Of a stretch of 64,000 bases of DNA, positions 31,111-45,453 are shown piece by piece. This stretch comes from Rhodosorus marinus CCMP1338 (Eukaryota; Plantae; Rhodophyta), in assembly GCA_029953675.1 (NCBI GenBank), contig JAMWBK010000001.1:2542001-2606000 (forward strand), written 5' to 3'. The translations under genes and the position numbers were made by a program. Numbering within the stretch: the first letter of the stretch is position 1; each line of letters opens with the position of its first letter. Below the pieces are notes generated by a model that was not told where the DNA came from, ran no database searches, and saw only the letters and a program-made list of their open reading frames with translations.

Positions 31111-33829
31111 TTCTTTACAGAGTCAGTCTCTCTCGGTCCAGACAATTGGGGAGCGCCATATCCCCAGACTGTGAGACTTCAAAATGAAGTCTAGAACGCG
31201 GGCTTCGTCCACCCCGCGCATTCGTGCTTCAGCTTTGCGGCCCCTGGTAGCGTTCCCGTTTCTTGTGAATTACGTTTCATGGATTACTACTCGTTTTACT
31301 GTTCTTTAGAGCCACAGTTTGTGGATGCCACTGTAGGGACGTTTCATAGGTTCAGTCAGTTTCCGTTAGCTTCACAAAGTATTCCGTGGGCACCAAGACC
31401 TGCCCTCCTCGCCGCTCACCCGTTTGAGTTTTCCGCTGTGCTGTTTTGACGTTGGAGCCTTTAATGGTCGTTTTCATCTGCCCTCAGATGTTGTTTTTTC
31501 TCCGAATAAGCATATTTCTTGCGCGTCTCACATTTCCGCTCGGAAAACCGGTTCATGTTTACTTCAGACTAACCCAAACAGTCAAGTCTAGCTAGCCATG
31601 ATTTTCTAGCTGTTTGCTACTACTTGTGGAAGCACATTCAAGGGGTAATAATATGGAAAAACAGTACTAGTCACTACTGCTTTTGGCCCGTTCCTGACCC
31701 ATTCAGCCGTTCAAGGCTCTTTTCTCGACTTGGTCGATCCCTCTTCAGACCGTTCACGAATTCTTCTGGTTCCTCCAAGAGGCTGGACTTTACCACGTTT
31801 CTGACCTAGGAGAGAGCCCTCCTGAAATTTTAGTCCCTTTGCCTCATCCTGGTGGGATAGGTAGCTTCTCACTTTGCCGACTCCAACCAGGTTCGTTTAA
31901 TTAAAATGAAAAACCGTTTGGGCGCATCTAATGAAAACCCTAACCGACTACTATTTCGCTTTACTGGAAATCAACATTTGCTTCAGCAGGAGTAGCGTAG
32001 TACAACAAGATCAACATGTCCAGCTAGATTTTGGGCTAGTAGGCATATCTTACCAACGGGGTGTGGAAGGCAGAAGTGAGGCCTGGAAAGCGTTCTTTTG
32101 GGTGGGGTTGGACCCCGACTCTGCTTATTCTCAGATTTGTTGTAAAAAAGAATTTGTGCTGTTAGGTTGAGTCGTGGCACATTCCAACCCCCCGCCGGTG
32201 TGAAAGAAGCATTCACTGGGGATATGGATGTGGAGGAATATTTCCTGAGAAAATGTGAAAAGGTTTGGATTAATCTCGATATAGGGCAGAGGTACAGCGA
32301 GAGGGCGGTGTGGGGCTGGAGGGGACTGAAAGTCCATGAAGATAAGCTCTAAACTACATATGGGGGAGATAATATCTTATTAGCCTACGATACGATTTCT
32401 TATCTTCAGGAATGCTGATTGAAATGCTAGAAAATTTTCTGGATAGCCGGCATTCCTTGAGTGATCAAATCCCGTTCGGGTATACATAGGCCGGCAAGGT
32501 TGGGAAGGCGATGGGCGTCGGTCTAGTCTTTCGGCACGGTAGTTGTGTAGAGGACTTCAATTTGTTGATGTTAGCTCTGAAATCACCCGAACCATGGTCG
32601 GGTTTGTTGCTGTTTCCCCTTTACAGATACGAGGTACAATGGCTCGTAAATGCTGCTCTCGGATTAGCATGTCCAGGAGTCGTAAGAGTCTCCATGACAA
32701 AGGATATGAAGTGATTAACGACAGAACGAGTACGTTATTTCTTGCCAGGCATTGTCACCTTCGTGTTGGGCGAAAACTGAACCTCTCCTCTCCTGCGGCG
32801 CCCTAGGTGTTTGGAAGAATACTTTTACTGGTGGATTCCCAGGTGGGGAGGTGTTCCTAAGTGAATGGATTGAGAATGGTATGCAGGAAGACATCCCAGA
32901 GCTCGAGGCACAATTCCAACCCTCCGCCGGTGTGAAAGAAGAAAGCACTGGGGATGTTATCTGCTATCCGTACTTGGGCTTTTGCTATGATATCGACTGG
33001 GACGATGCTCTCCAACCCTCGACGGCGTAGATTCGCCGGTTTGGAGGCCTAAAAGTTTTTCAAAGCAGAACGATCGTTCAGTCGGTCCAAAACCCGGTGT
33101 AAACTGAAGAGTTTGAGTCTTCCTGATTTTTCCCTCATCCTGTACCAGAGGCATCTTCCGCGTGTGAAGTTTGAGCCAGCCGACCAATCCCGTCGACATC
33201 CTCTGGATCGCAGAATAAAGCCTTGGATTCCCGCCCTACCGCGGCCAACGCATCAAGCATTCATACACCATTCAGTGCGTTGACCCTGACCGTGGCCCTG
33301 TCTAAGTCGGATGGTATTCGCTCTACGATATGAAGTGAGCAACCAAACCACCGCCCGATCAGCCGCGTGAACTTAACTAGAAACTGTATAAATGGTGAAG
33401 AAACGTTCGTAGCTCTAGCGTCCCGTATCCTTCGCAAAATTTGCCAGTGTTGCTGTCAGTTGCCGTCGTCGTCTTGTTTCATTTATGACGATATGCAGCT
33501 GCCAAGCAAGGGCCAAAGCTTGACAGGTTATAGTTCTTCGATTCTGGGTAATTAGAAGCGCAGCTCGAGAGAACCATAGCTCTGCAAACACTCAGCGCTC
33601 AGCATCTCATGAGCGGACTCTCGAAGACGAAGACTGCAATTGCGAGAGCGATGGTAACCGTAAACTTTACTGAGCAGCTGCCTACTGCAGCGAATAACTC
33701 GTTCTACTACTATCTAGGGGCAAACTTACGGGAACCCCGCTACCGGGGTCTCATGCTACGTTCTAAAAGAAAAACAGGAACAACTGAATTCGCCAACTGG
33801 TCCACTCGCAAAGCGCCTATCGCGATCTC

Positions 33830-36345
33830 TGCGTTACCTTGCCAAAGTTTCCAGTTCATCTGAGCCCGAACATCGCTCAGCTCTGCACTCCGGTGCAATA
33901 TATATATTGCACCATAAATACTTGCAGCTATCTCGTAGAAACTCCTGTGCTATTGGTCCTGTCCGCCCAAAGCTCTCGATCGCGATCGGGATGAACTTGT
34001 CGTCTGGTTCCCCGCCGACATCGCCTCCTTGTAATGTGCCATTTTCCACCTCTCCGCTGACTTCGCGGCGTACCCATTCTCTGACCCACTACGGTTCACG
34101 AATTCTCCTCCAGCGGCGAGGTAACGCGTCACGTCCAGCGCATACCGCTGGAACGTCCTTTGATGAGTGCCAATAATATCCGGTCGTAATCTGTAAGTCT
34201 CGAAGTACCCCTCGAGTGCTTGCTTAATGTCGAGGAAATCCCATCGATTCAGCGATCGCGCCAGCTCCGTACAGATTTCGTCAGGTGTTCGCTGCCATGG
34301 TCCCGTCGAGGTTGGGCAGTGGTGAAACCTTGGTCCACCATAAGTACTCTGTGTACTACAACTAGTACACCTTTGCGTCGTCCTAATCCCAGCAGATCGG
34401 CAGCCCAACTGTTGTCATTTCTGCGAGTTGAATTTTTTTGGCTCGAGCGTCGGTATTTCCCGCATCCACGCTCCCGATCCCGATCCAGCTGCGGATTGGA
34501 TTCGAGCACGATTTTCCGGGGAAATTCGCGGACCCAGGGCGACTAGCTAGTCTGCTCACGGAGCTTTCTTTAACCCGGTCGCGCTCAAACGCTGCTTTGT
34601 TTGTAGACGCGCGTCATCAGCGTCTTATCTCTCGCTTCTCAGGGTAGTTAGGCTCTGAATAAACGGATTCGTCACCAGCGGTTAGAATGCTGTACGGTGT
34701 GCCTCGGGAGAGGGTCTGTCATATAGAACCAAGATTCCAAGCGCGAGGGTCTTCTGGGGCTCCCTCTGGGGGGTTTCCGTTGTCTGCTGCAGGGTGACCA
34801 GACTCCTGATCCGGGGGTGGGTTTCGGGACGCAGTCTGCGTTGTACGGCCCTGGAAGATGCACGGATCTGTTCCGCGAGTTGGGCGGTTGACCGCTGGAG
34901 CCCCCTCGGGGTTTGCTGCTCTGGAGCTCCGCCGGTAGAAACCTGCCTCTGTAGTTCAGCGAGGTAAGGCCAAGCACCGTGATTGCTTCTGAATGTGTTT
35001 GTCCACGCAGAGTAGAAAGCGATAGGCTGGATTCGCGTTCGAATAGCGAACCCCAATCCCCCCAGCGGCAAGGCAGCGCGATCTGGTCCAAGACAGGTTG
35101 TAGGTACTCCTCGTCCTCTACGGCCGTGGAAGAGAGGGCTGCAGACAAGGTTTCCAGATGATTTCTTGTTATGGTATCCGCCTCACGTGCAAGAGTGCGT
35201 CCAAAAGGATAGGCTAGGCATCGTTTAACGTAATCCAGTCGGGTTTCAGCCTGTACCTGAACAGGGCGAAATGTGTGGTAAAGTTCCTGGGGAGGTAGTT
35301 GCGCTATTTCCTTGAAGAGTTTTTGGTGCCTGTTTTGTAGTGCACGGCACGCTTCCTGGATGCATTGCCGGGGTTGCCTATAGGGATCGACTGGATTGTA
35401 ATGCGTTCTCTGGTAACATGTACTCCGGCGGATCTCCCGATTGACTACTCGGGAAGTCGTCAGGGTTCGTCCGTAGAGGGGGCTGAGTTGCTGGCGGGAT
35501 CCGAGTGCTGGTAGCTTTGTTTGTCCCCAGACTAGTGCTGCTTTCAGTGCTTGCAAAGGCCCTACGATGGTAATATCGTCCTGGATAGCGATGGTGAGAT
35601 CAGGGAACTGTTCGAGCAAAGCCCTTAGGAAAGGTGCAAGTGATAGTGCATGCAGCGCCGGTCCAAGCGGGTCGCCCTGTTGAACTCCTGTAACTGCCTG
35701 TAGCGTCAGTCGGGAGTTCTCGTTTTGGTTCTGCCCGTGTGTAGATCTCCAACCACAAAGTGTGGGTGAATCCACTTCGTCGCTTCCGTAGCCAAGTCAA
35801 TAAACCGCGGCAATCTCCGGGAAATGATGGTCCACTAGTTGTTTGGCAATGCGTCTATCAATGCGGTTGAAGGCATTCTCGAGATCGAGCCTGTGTAGCA
35901 CAGAGTCTGGTTTGCATGCGAGATGGGCCTGGATCGCGTGAAGGGAGTGTTCACACCCACCACTGACTCCGATGCCGAGTTGTAATGGCACTAAGAGCTC
36001 ACGTACCCTGTCGATAACCGCGCGAAGGGTCCATTGCGTCACGACCTTTCGCAGAACTTCCGGAACTCCTATAGCGCGATCTCCGGGGTGTTCCTGGGGA
36101 GCTGCGTCCTTGGTGGGCTTCGCGAACGGTAATAATCTACTGCTGTGCAGGGCGGGGGTCAGAGGAGATGAAAATTTCTCAGGAGCAGTCGCGAGTTGTC
36201 GCGGTACGCGGATCAATGCCACCTGGGTCTGTTGCGTTGCTCCTTGGAGGTGTTCTGCACGGAGTACGCTAGGGCGACGTGCAACCCCTAGGGCGAACTT
36301 CGTTTTCGCATCACAGGACAGCCTTTTTCGGGGGCTGCGGCTAGG
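33830..36345 (-). mobile_element. Decayed 5'-truncated CRE-like element, family C (copy C2)
   Basis: Frameshifted pieces: RAIGVPEVLRKVV, LDLENAFN, GVQQGDPLGP, IQDD, LPCRWGG, RARIQSAAGSGSGAW, CTSC..FHHC, LRPDII..YALDV, KFIPIAIESFG. Confidence 0.88.
34533..34663 (+). mobile_element. 131-bp 3' end of a further CRE-like family (D) nested antisense inside C2
   Basis: Encodes RLASLLTELSL..SNAALFVDARHQRL..* and ends AATAAA. CGGA flanks both sides (34529-34532 and 34664-34667). Removing it restores the C2 reading VTNPRISPENRARIQ. Confidence 0.75.
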
Positions 36346-38102
36346 CTAAACGAAGATCCCGCCCAGCCGAGACTGTAGACTCTATCTTTTCTGGAAGCTC
36401 CTGGAAATTTTTGTGCTTGGGATCCGCATCCCCACGACGACCCCACCATCCGATACTGGAACCCCAGCCTACTTTACCTCCATACTATGCTTTTCTGTTC
36501 CGCCCAAGATGGGACTTCGACAAGGACTTGTTCCACGAGCTAGGATCGACTTGACGAACACGCTCGCTAAAGAAAAATGGTATCGAATAAGGTTTCTCTA
36601 GCCTCCTAGAACGACGCTCAATTTATACCGCTGTCTGGTAGGCTGAAGCCGGGCTGGGCAGCCTTTCCTAAGCATCCTTGTCCAAAGGGACCGCAGAGCT
36701 GTACCCATTCCAGATCGTCATTCACGAGACTTAGCCGTAGAAATCCTTCTACTGCTTAGACCGTCAATACTGAGCTTCCGCGGCGCTGAGGATGAAACTC
36801 GAACGAGGTGTGCTCCACCGGGTTGGGTACGGGAATAGGAAGGCAAATAATGAGCATGCTGGAGTCAAGAAAAACAAAGGTGGCGATGGTGAGAGAAATG
36901 CGATCGGAAAAGCAAGAAATCGAGGGACAAGGAAAGCACAGAACCTGGGGGACTACATCTTCTCCATGAGGTTGCGAGTTGAGGACCAGGATGCTCTACC
37001 ATTAATACTCCATAGCTCGACAAGTACACACAGTCGTTTTAAGACAGCAGAAAAACCCAGCTTTGAAGGTAGAAACCCTAGACTATCGTTTCATCGTTCG
37101 CGACCAACATGCTGGGTCGTAGACTTTAGGATGGATCACTTCATGGCTGGGTATGTTCCCGGGGTACGCAAACACGTTGAAAAGGAGCGGGGCAGCCTTC
37201 GCGATCATTCCCACCTCCAAAGTCCGCTAAATTCGCTCCATAAGTCTGGTCCTGTGGAAACTGAAACCTATTCTTTTTCATGGTACCAATACGACCGCTG
37301 TGAATCTGCACCACCTTGTCCGCGGGGAGGGAGGGGAGGGGGAACCATCCTTTTACTTATCCCATCGACCCCAAAAGAAAAGCCGACCAGTCACGTCTCC
37401 TAAAAATCCTCATTTACACCATGAAATCTTGTCCTTACCGCCCATCACGCGCATCAACCGCCTTCGTTAAGCTCCCAATCCAGGTCGAACCAATTCAGCA
37501 ATGGTCCGCTATCCCATTAACCATCAAAATGACATCCCTTTCAAGGGTTTTCCTTGAAAAGCTCCATTTCGATGTCATTTTGTAGGGATTCATTTTTTCC
37601 CCCCCACGGCCGGGGAAGGTGTTCACGTGCCGGTGGATATCGTTGGAAGGAGTTCAGGGAGGTTAAAGGTAGAGTGGCGTTTGGCTCAGATGACGACGAG
37701 GTCTCTGGAGATGCGTTAACCAGTATTTATTACTTTGTATGTTTTGTTGAGATCATGGGGTAAGATGATTTGGTTGGGGTGAGTTTACGGGGAGGTGGGC
37801 TTGAAAGAGCAATGGGATCTGGGGTTGCCCGGGTTGGATTGTGGCGGATTGGATTAGGTGAACCCTGGAGGCGGGGGGGAGCAGCGGTTGACGGGGAATT
37901 TTGAAGACAATGTATGGTTTTGAGGAATTTGGTGATCAGAGCGTGCTGCGTAGGATTTAGGGTGTGGAGGAGTGGACCCGACCCTCGTTAGACTTTGGTT
38001 CCCGCCCTTGAGAATCAGTCGGCGGGAACGATTTGCACCAAAATCTCAGTCTTGACCGGCGATAACGAGGTCGGGGGTTCGTGTGCTGAGCGTTGATCAA
38101 TA

Positions 38103-40955
38103 ATGGACAAGGTTGGTAGGCCCTCTTGGCAGGTAGGGGCGCGCGCTGCTCACCGACGTGGACGGTATTTGATGACAGCTTCGAGCGAACCGTGCCGGTG
38201 TGCTGGACAAGGTGCGAAATGGTCGGAACGAGGGAAAAGAGCTCAGACACGCTCGCTGTCGTCTGCTCCGAGGAGCGCTCACGCATTGAGCACGTACCCG
38301 GGAAAGTTTGGTGAGATGGACGATGTTATGAGCGCTCTACATCACGGGCAGGGCGAAAAGGCTTCGTTTGCAGTTCGAGAAGCGCTGAAGGGCCTGACGT
38401 CGTATGAACTGGAGCAGTTTATAGGCTTAGTCGAAGGTAAACACGCAGAGCAGGCAGTGGTGCTTCTGGCGACGGAACTGTGGAGCAGAAACTCCCTCGC
38501 AAGCACAAGGTTGTGCAGCTTGATGATGCGCAAGCTCGTTCAATGGAGACAACTTGGAGCCATGCTGGACCTCTACAGGAAAATGAGAGCCCATAAGATC
38601 GAGCCGGATTCGTTCACTTCATCTGTGCTGCTGCTCTCTTGTGCTCGCGGAGAGCGAATAGCCGAGATGGATGAGGTCCTAAGACACCTTGGGGCACGTC
38701 ATGTAAACGACCGCGTGCTTGCTGTGGTCCTTGCCGCCTACCATCGCAATGGCAAGACCAAAAGAGTGCTGGAGGTGTTCTCAGCTCTAGACCGAACTCG
38801 AGTGAGCACCGACAGGGTGAAGGTGGTTCGTGAAATTGAAAAGATCATCGAAGGCAGTAACTACAACGACCCCTCCACAACGACTTTGTTAAGGAGTGAT
38901 CTGGAGGTTCTGGGCTTGTCTCTGAACAAGCCCAAGCGCGTCGCGGCTGCTTTACGATCACTGGACAGGGAGGATTTGGACTGGTTCATGAAGAGGCTGC
39001 TTACCAAGGGCGATCAGAAGATGATGGCTAAGATTCTGCTAGGGATGGACAGCGACGCGTCGGCCTTTGTGGCGGAAATTCTGCTCAAAGCCCTGGCTTC
39101 GAAGGGTGTCGTCATGCAGGATGAGCTTTTGGAAGCCATCGTACGCACTTTTGCGGTTCACGGGGAGAAATCTCCGGGGAGCATGGAGCGCACCATGGCC
39201 CTCATCGAGGAGAAAACGCCGCTGACCTCATTTCGGAAACTGGATGAGCTCCTGAAAGCCATGAACAATGCAAACTTGACTGAAAGAGTCGAAGAAATCA
39301 CCGACGAGTTGATAGCGAAATCGAGCAGCTTGAAGTCTCCGGACGCGGCAATGTCGGTCCTCAGCTACCATCGAAAGCATAGAGACCATTGGGCGACCCA
39401 CAATCTATTCATGAAGATGGTAGAGGCAGGTGTTGGTTTTCGATTGCAGGACTGCGTGGCGCTCATGAACCGATTTCTGGACGCACGGGAGCGCGCTCTG
39501 GCAAGGCGGATGGCAAAGTACATCGATGAACACCCGATTTACGATCGAACGTCGTCGGTTGTTGAGGTGAATATTAGGATGGCCATGCAGTACAAGGACT
39601 CGCAACGCGTGCTCGACCTAGTTGAGGAGGGATTGGCCACGGGGTTGAAAGTTTCTGACTCCGGGAAAGAGTACCTGTTGATGGCTCTGGCTTCGACCTT
39701 TGAGCCGATGAGGGCGCTTGCGTCCTTGCAGACCTACAAGGTCAGAAAGCAGGAGCACGTGGAGAGGTTGATGCAGTTGTACCTTGACAGGCGCAATTTC
39801 GCAGCGGTGGAGACAATTTTCGCTTCCATGGAGAAAATTGGACTTGAAGAGACCAAGGAGGCGCACAGTATTCGGCTACAGGCCCTGGCTCTTGGCGAGA
39901 GCGGCCGGGATTTGCTGGACGCCGTGTACGATATGAAGGAGGCGTTTGCGTTGGATCCTCAGGCAGGTCGAATAGCGCTGAACGTTCTGATCGGGATGGG
40001 GAACTTTGTCTACGCGAACGAGCTGTATACAGCTCTCGTCGACGTGAATGCAAAAGTGGACAGGTCGGTCTATAAAGGCTTGGCGGAACTTGCGACCCAG
40101 GCGAAGAATCGGCGAGCAGCGTTCAAGTATGGGCAGCTGTTTGAGCTCGCAACTTTAGCGGAGACGCCGATCAACGCACACGAAGCGCACATGCTATCGA
40201 TGAAGATCTTTTCAGAATTTGGAGACTATCGAAGGTGCGTGAAGGAGTTTACCGATCTGGGACAGATCACAGACATCATACCCCCGGAAGCTTACCGCTA
40301 TCCGTACATGGCGGAAGCGAAGCTGGGCAACTGGCTTGGCCTTGAGATGTTCGTTCGTCACCGGCGTCACAACCATGTCAGACCCGACCGCGAATATTTC
40401 GTCCACTACCTCAGGGCCAAGGCCATTCTGCGGAGTGATGTGCCCGTCCAGCCGTTTCTGGAGGATCTCCGCGTGAATGGCGTAAGACCAGATGCAACGA
40501 TCTTTATGGAAATGATGAGACTGAAGATGAGCGCTAGGGAGTACTCTTGGGTAGATAAGGTCTTCCAGACGATGGTAAGTAGTGGTGTGAAGCCTGATCT
40601 CGATCACCACGCTCTGTTGGTGGTGGCCCTCTTGCGTCGGGAGACTCTTATGCCGCAAGTGTTCCGGCACGTGATGAGGAAAACTTTGATGTGCTTTGAG
40701 GAGGCAGCAGGTGATAATCCAGTGGAGTTGTACAAAAGAGTCATCAGTTTTTGCGTGGAATACGGAGAAACCCAGACGTTGAGGCTGTTCACAGAGAAGC
40801 TAATCAGCCAACGAAGAGTGAGTCTGGCGCAAAGCGAAGAGCTACGCCGACTATTCGAGGATAGGATGAGACAAGAGACGGCGAACGTGTTCGGAGCGAC
40901 CAAGTCAATATTTGACCTGCGGCCGCTGGTGAGATGGACGCCGTCGTGGAAATAG
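38103..40955 (+). CDS. Pentatricopeptide-repeat (PPR)-like helical repeat protein, up to 950 aa (start uncertain)
   Basis: PPR-type motifs: LDLYRKMRAHKIEPDSFTSSVLLLSCAR, LEDLRVNGVRPDATIFMEMM, VFQTMVSSGVKPDLDHHALLVVAL. Confidence 0.8.
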   Translation: MDKVGRPSWQVGARAAHRRGRYLMTASSEPCRCAGQGAKWSERGKRAQTRSLSSAPRSAHALSTYPGKFGEMDDVMSALHHGQGEKASFAVREALKGLTSYELEQFIGLVEGKHAEQAVVLLATELWSRNSLASTRLCSLMMRKLVQWRQLGAMLDLYRKMRAHKIEPDSFTSSVLLLSCARGERIAEMDEVLRHLGARHVNDRVLAVVLAAYHRNGKTKRVLEVFSALDRTRVSTDRVKVVREIEKIIEGSNYNDPSTTTLLRSDLEVLGLSLNKPKRVAAALRSLDREDLDWFMKRLLTKGDQKMMAKILLGMDSDASAFVAEILLKALASKGVVMQDELLEAIVRTFAVHGEKSPGSMERTMALIEEKTPLTSFRKLDELLKAMNNANLTERVEEITDELIAKSSSLKSPDAAMSVLSYHRKHRDHWATHNLFMKMVEAGVGFRLQDCVALMNRFLDARERALARRMAKYIDEHPIYDRTSSVVEVNIRMAMQYKDSQRVLDLVEEGLATGLKVSDSGKEYLLMALASTFEPMRALASLQTYKVRKQEHVERLMQLYLDRRNFAAVETIFASMEKIGLEETKEAHSIRLQALALGESGRDLLDAVYDMKEAFALDPQAGRIALNVLIGMGNFVYANELYTALVDVNAKVDRSVYKGLAELATQAKNRRAAFKYGQLFELATLAETPINAHEAHMLSMKIFSEFGDYRRCVKEFTDLGQITDIIPPEAYRYPYMAEAKLGNWLGLEMFVRHRRHNHVRPDREYFVHYLRAKAILRSDVPVQPFLEDLRVNGVRPDATIFMEMMRLKMSAREYSWVDKVFQTMVSSGVKPDLDHHALLVVALLRRETLMPQVFRHVMRKTLMCFEEAAGDNPVELYKRVISFCVEYGETQTLRLFTEKLISQRRVSLAQSEELRRLFEDRMRQETANVFGATKSIFDLRPLVRWTPSWK

Positions 40956-42207
40956 GATTAGGAAGAAAAGCTGTTCTTCAGCCGCGATGTACAGAGGGGG
41001 GACCACAGTAGGGCACATCCCACACCCGCACATCTACGTCGCTTTGTTCAGGCCTGTAACATAAAAGACAAGGCACCAAGTGCAGAAAGAAATAATACTG
41101 CCCTTGCACTCTATGGCGCGAGCCGTTCGCCCAAGGTCAGGGGTTCAACGCGAAAACAATCGGGCAACTGCAACCAGGTAGATCAATGTGAGCCAAATCG
41201 CCGACGATCATTTAGTGAGCTCAGCAGCAAGCACCATGGGTCGACGACCTGACTCAACCCTCTCTAATCTTCACTCCTAACAATCTCCTATTGAAAAGTC
41301 CATCAATCCCAACAGACATACCCCAACCTCTCCAGCCGCACCCCCCAACTCAACTGAATGCGATCCATCTTCCAAACCCCCCCCCTAGCAAACCGATCGA
41401 CCTCCCCAATCTCAATTCCGGCAAAATTCACTAGTCGTTGGCTAACCCCTCTAATTTCACCACCAAATTCTTTTTGAAGTTACCCATCCCCTACCCGATC
41501 AACAAAATCTCTTGCTCAATATCTCATTGTTTTTAAAATAAATTAAAACTATGCAAATTTTACAGAAACGACCTAGGGTTTTGAATAAGTACCAAACTGC
41601 GTTTTCGTACAAATCAAAGAGGGGCCAATAAAATATTTTTCAAACCCCCCCCATGGGTTTTTGGGGTTGAGGATGGCCGATGACATTTTCCGAATACAGA
41701 ATACGTGCCAAAATTAATACTGTTTTATCTGTTTTTGATCGGTTGGAAAAACGAAAAGATTTATTTTATAAGAAAAGGGAATGTTTTTTTCTAGTTCTAA
41801 GCGATTTTGGGCTTTTTGGGGTTTGGCGTTGGGTGTCTGACGTGGGTAATGGTTGGTTTTCTTGTGGATGGGAAAGCGAATGGACGGGTGACGCGGGTAT
41901 TGATGGATGACATTGTTTATGTGATGGATGACGATTTTACTGATAGATGACAGGGGCCGGGGGAGAGGGGTCTGAATGGATGACAGCAATCTTGATGGAT
42001 AACGGCTTGGTGGTGATTGTCTGAAGGAGGGGGGGGGTTGTAGGAGGGCTTATTTGAAAGTGATTTTGGGGAGGTGTTTGCCAGAGCTGGACCGGATGAA
42101 GAGCCTTGAGGGCTAAGTAAGAGGTTTAGGCTTTGGAATGGTATTTTTGTCACATTATTAGGAAGAATTTTTGAGGCCTTTGGAAGGCTGGAGGTGCCGT
42201 AGGCGCG

Positions 42208-45151
<2,944 letters not shown>

Positions 45152-45453
45152 AGAAAGTGAATGTGCTCTTTTTTTCCTGTGCAATAGATCTGTAAGAAGA
45201 AATAAATTAACTTTTAGAAGAGATCACTGTTTCTGCAGCTCTCCTCACCTTCCATTACCACTTGCGATTTAAACGGCAAGATGCTGGAACGTTCTATTCT
45301 CGCCACAGCCAGAAGTAGAGTAGACTTTATACCGTCCTCCCTTTCAACAGTTACTGAAGATCGACCCTCCATCCTAAGAGTCTCCAGGCTGTAAACAAAA
45401 CCACGTTGCTCGGCTACGACTGAAATGGGGTTACGTTAGTCTGGGGTTACGAG

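Larger units (their letters stand above)
28469..31890. repeat. Diverged direct repeat of ~360 bp (28469-28830 and 31534-31890)
   Basis: Shared TTTCCGCTCGGAAA, GTTCAT, CTAGCCA, TAGCTGTTTG, CTACTTGTGGAAGCACATTC and downstream blocks. Confidence 0.78.

Noticed and set aside
36400-37500. ORF 36792-37403(+) or a spliced minus-strand gene
   Set aside because: No recognisable motifs. I could not build a consistent exon chain, although composition hints at a leftward transcript.
41572-41582. Telo-box-like TAGGGTTT/AAACCCTA motifs (also ~31935, ~37075, ~50979)
   Set aside because: Isolated 8-mers in skewed low-complexity DNA. The count is not clearly above chance and there is no tandem telomeric array.
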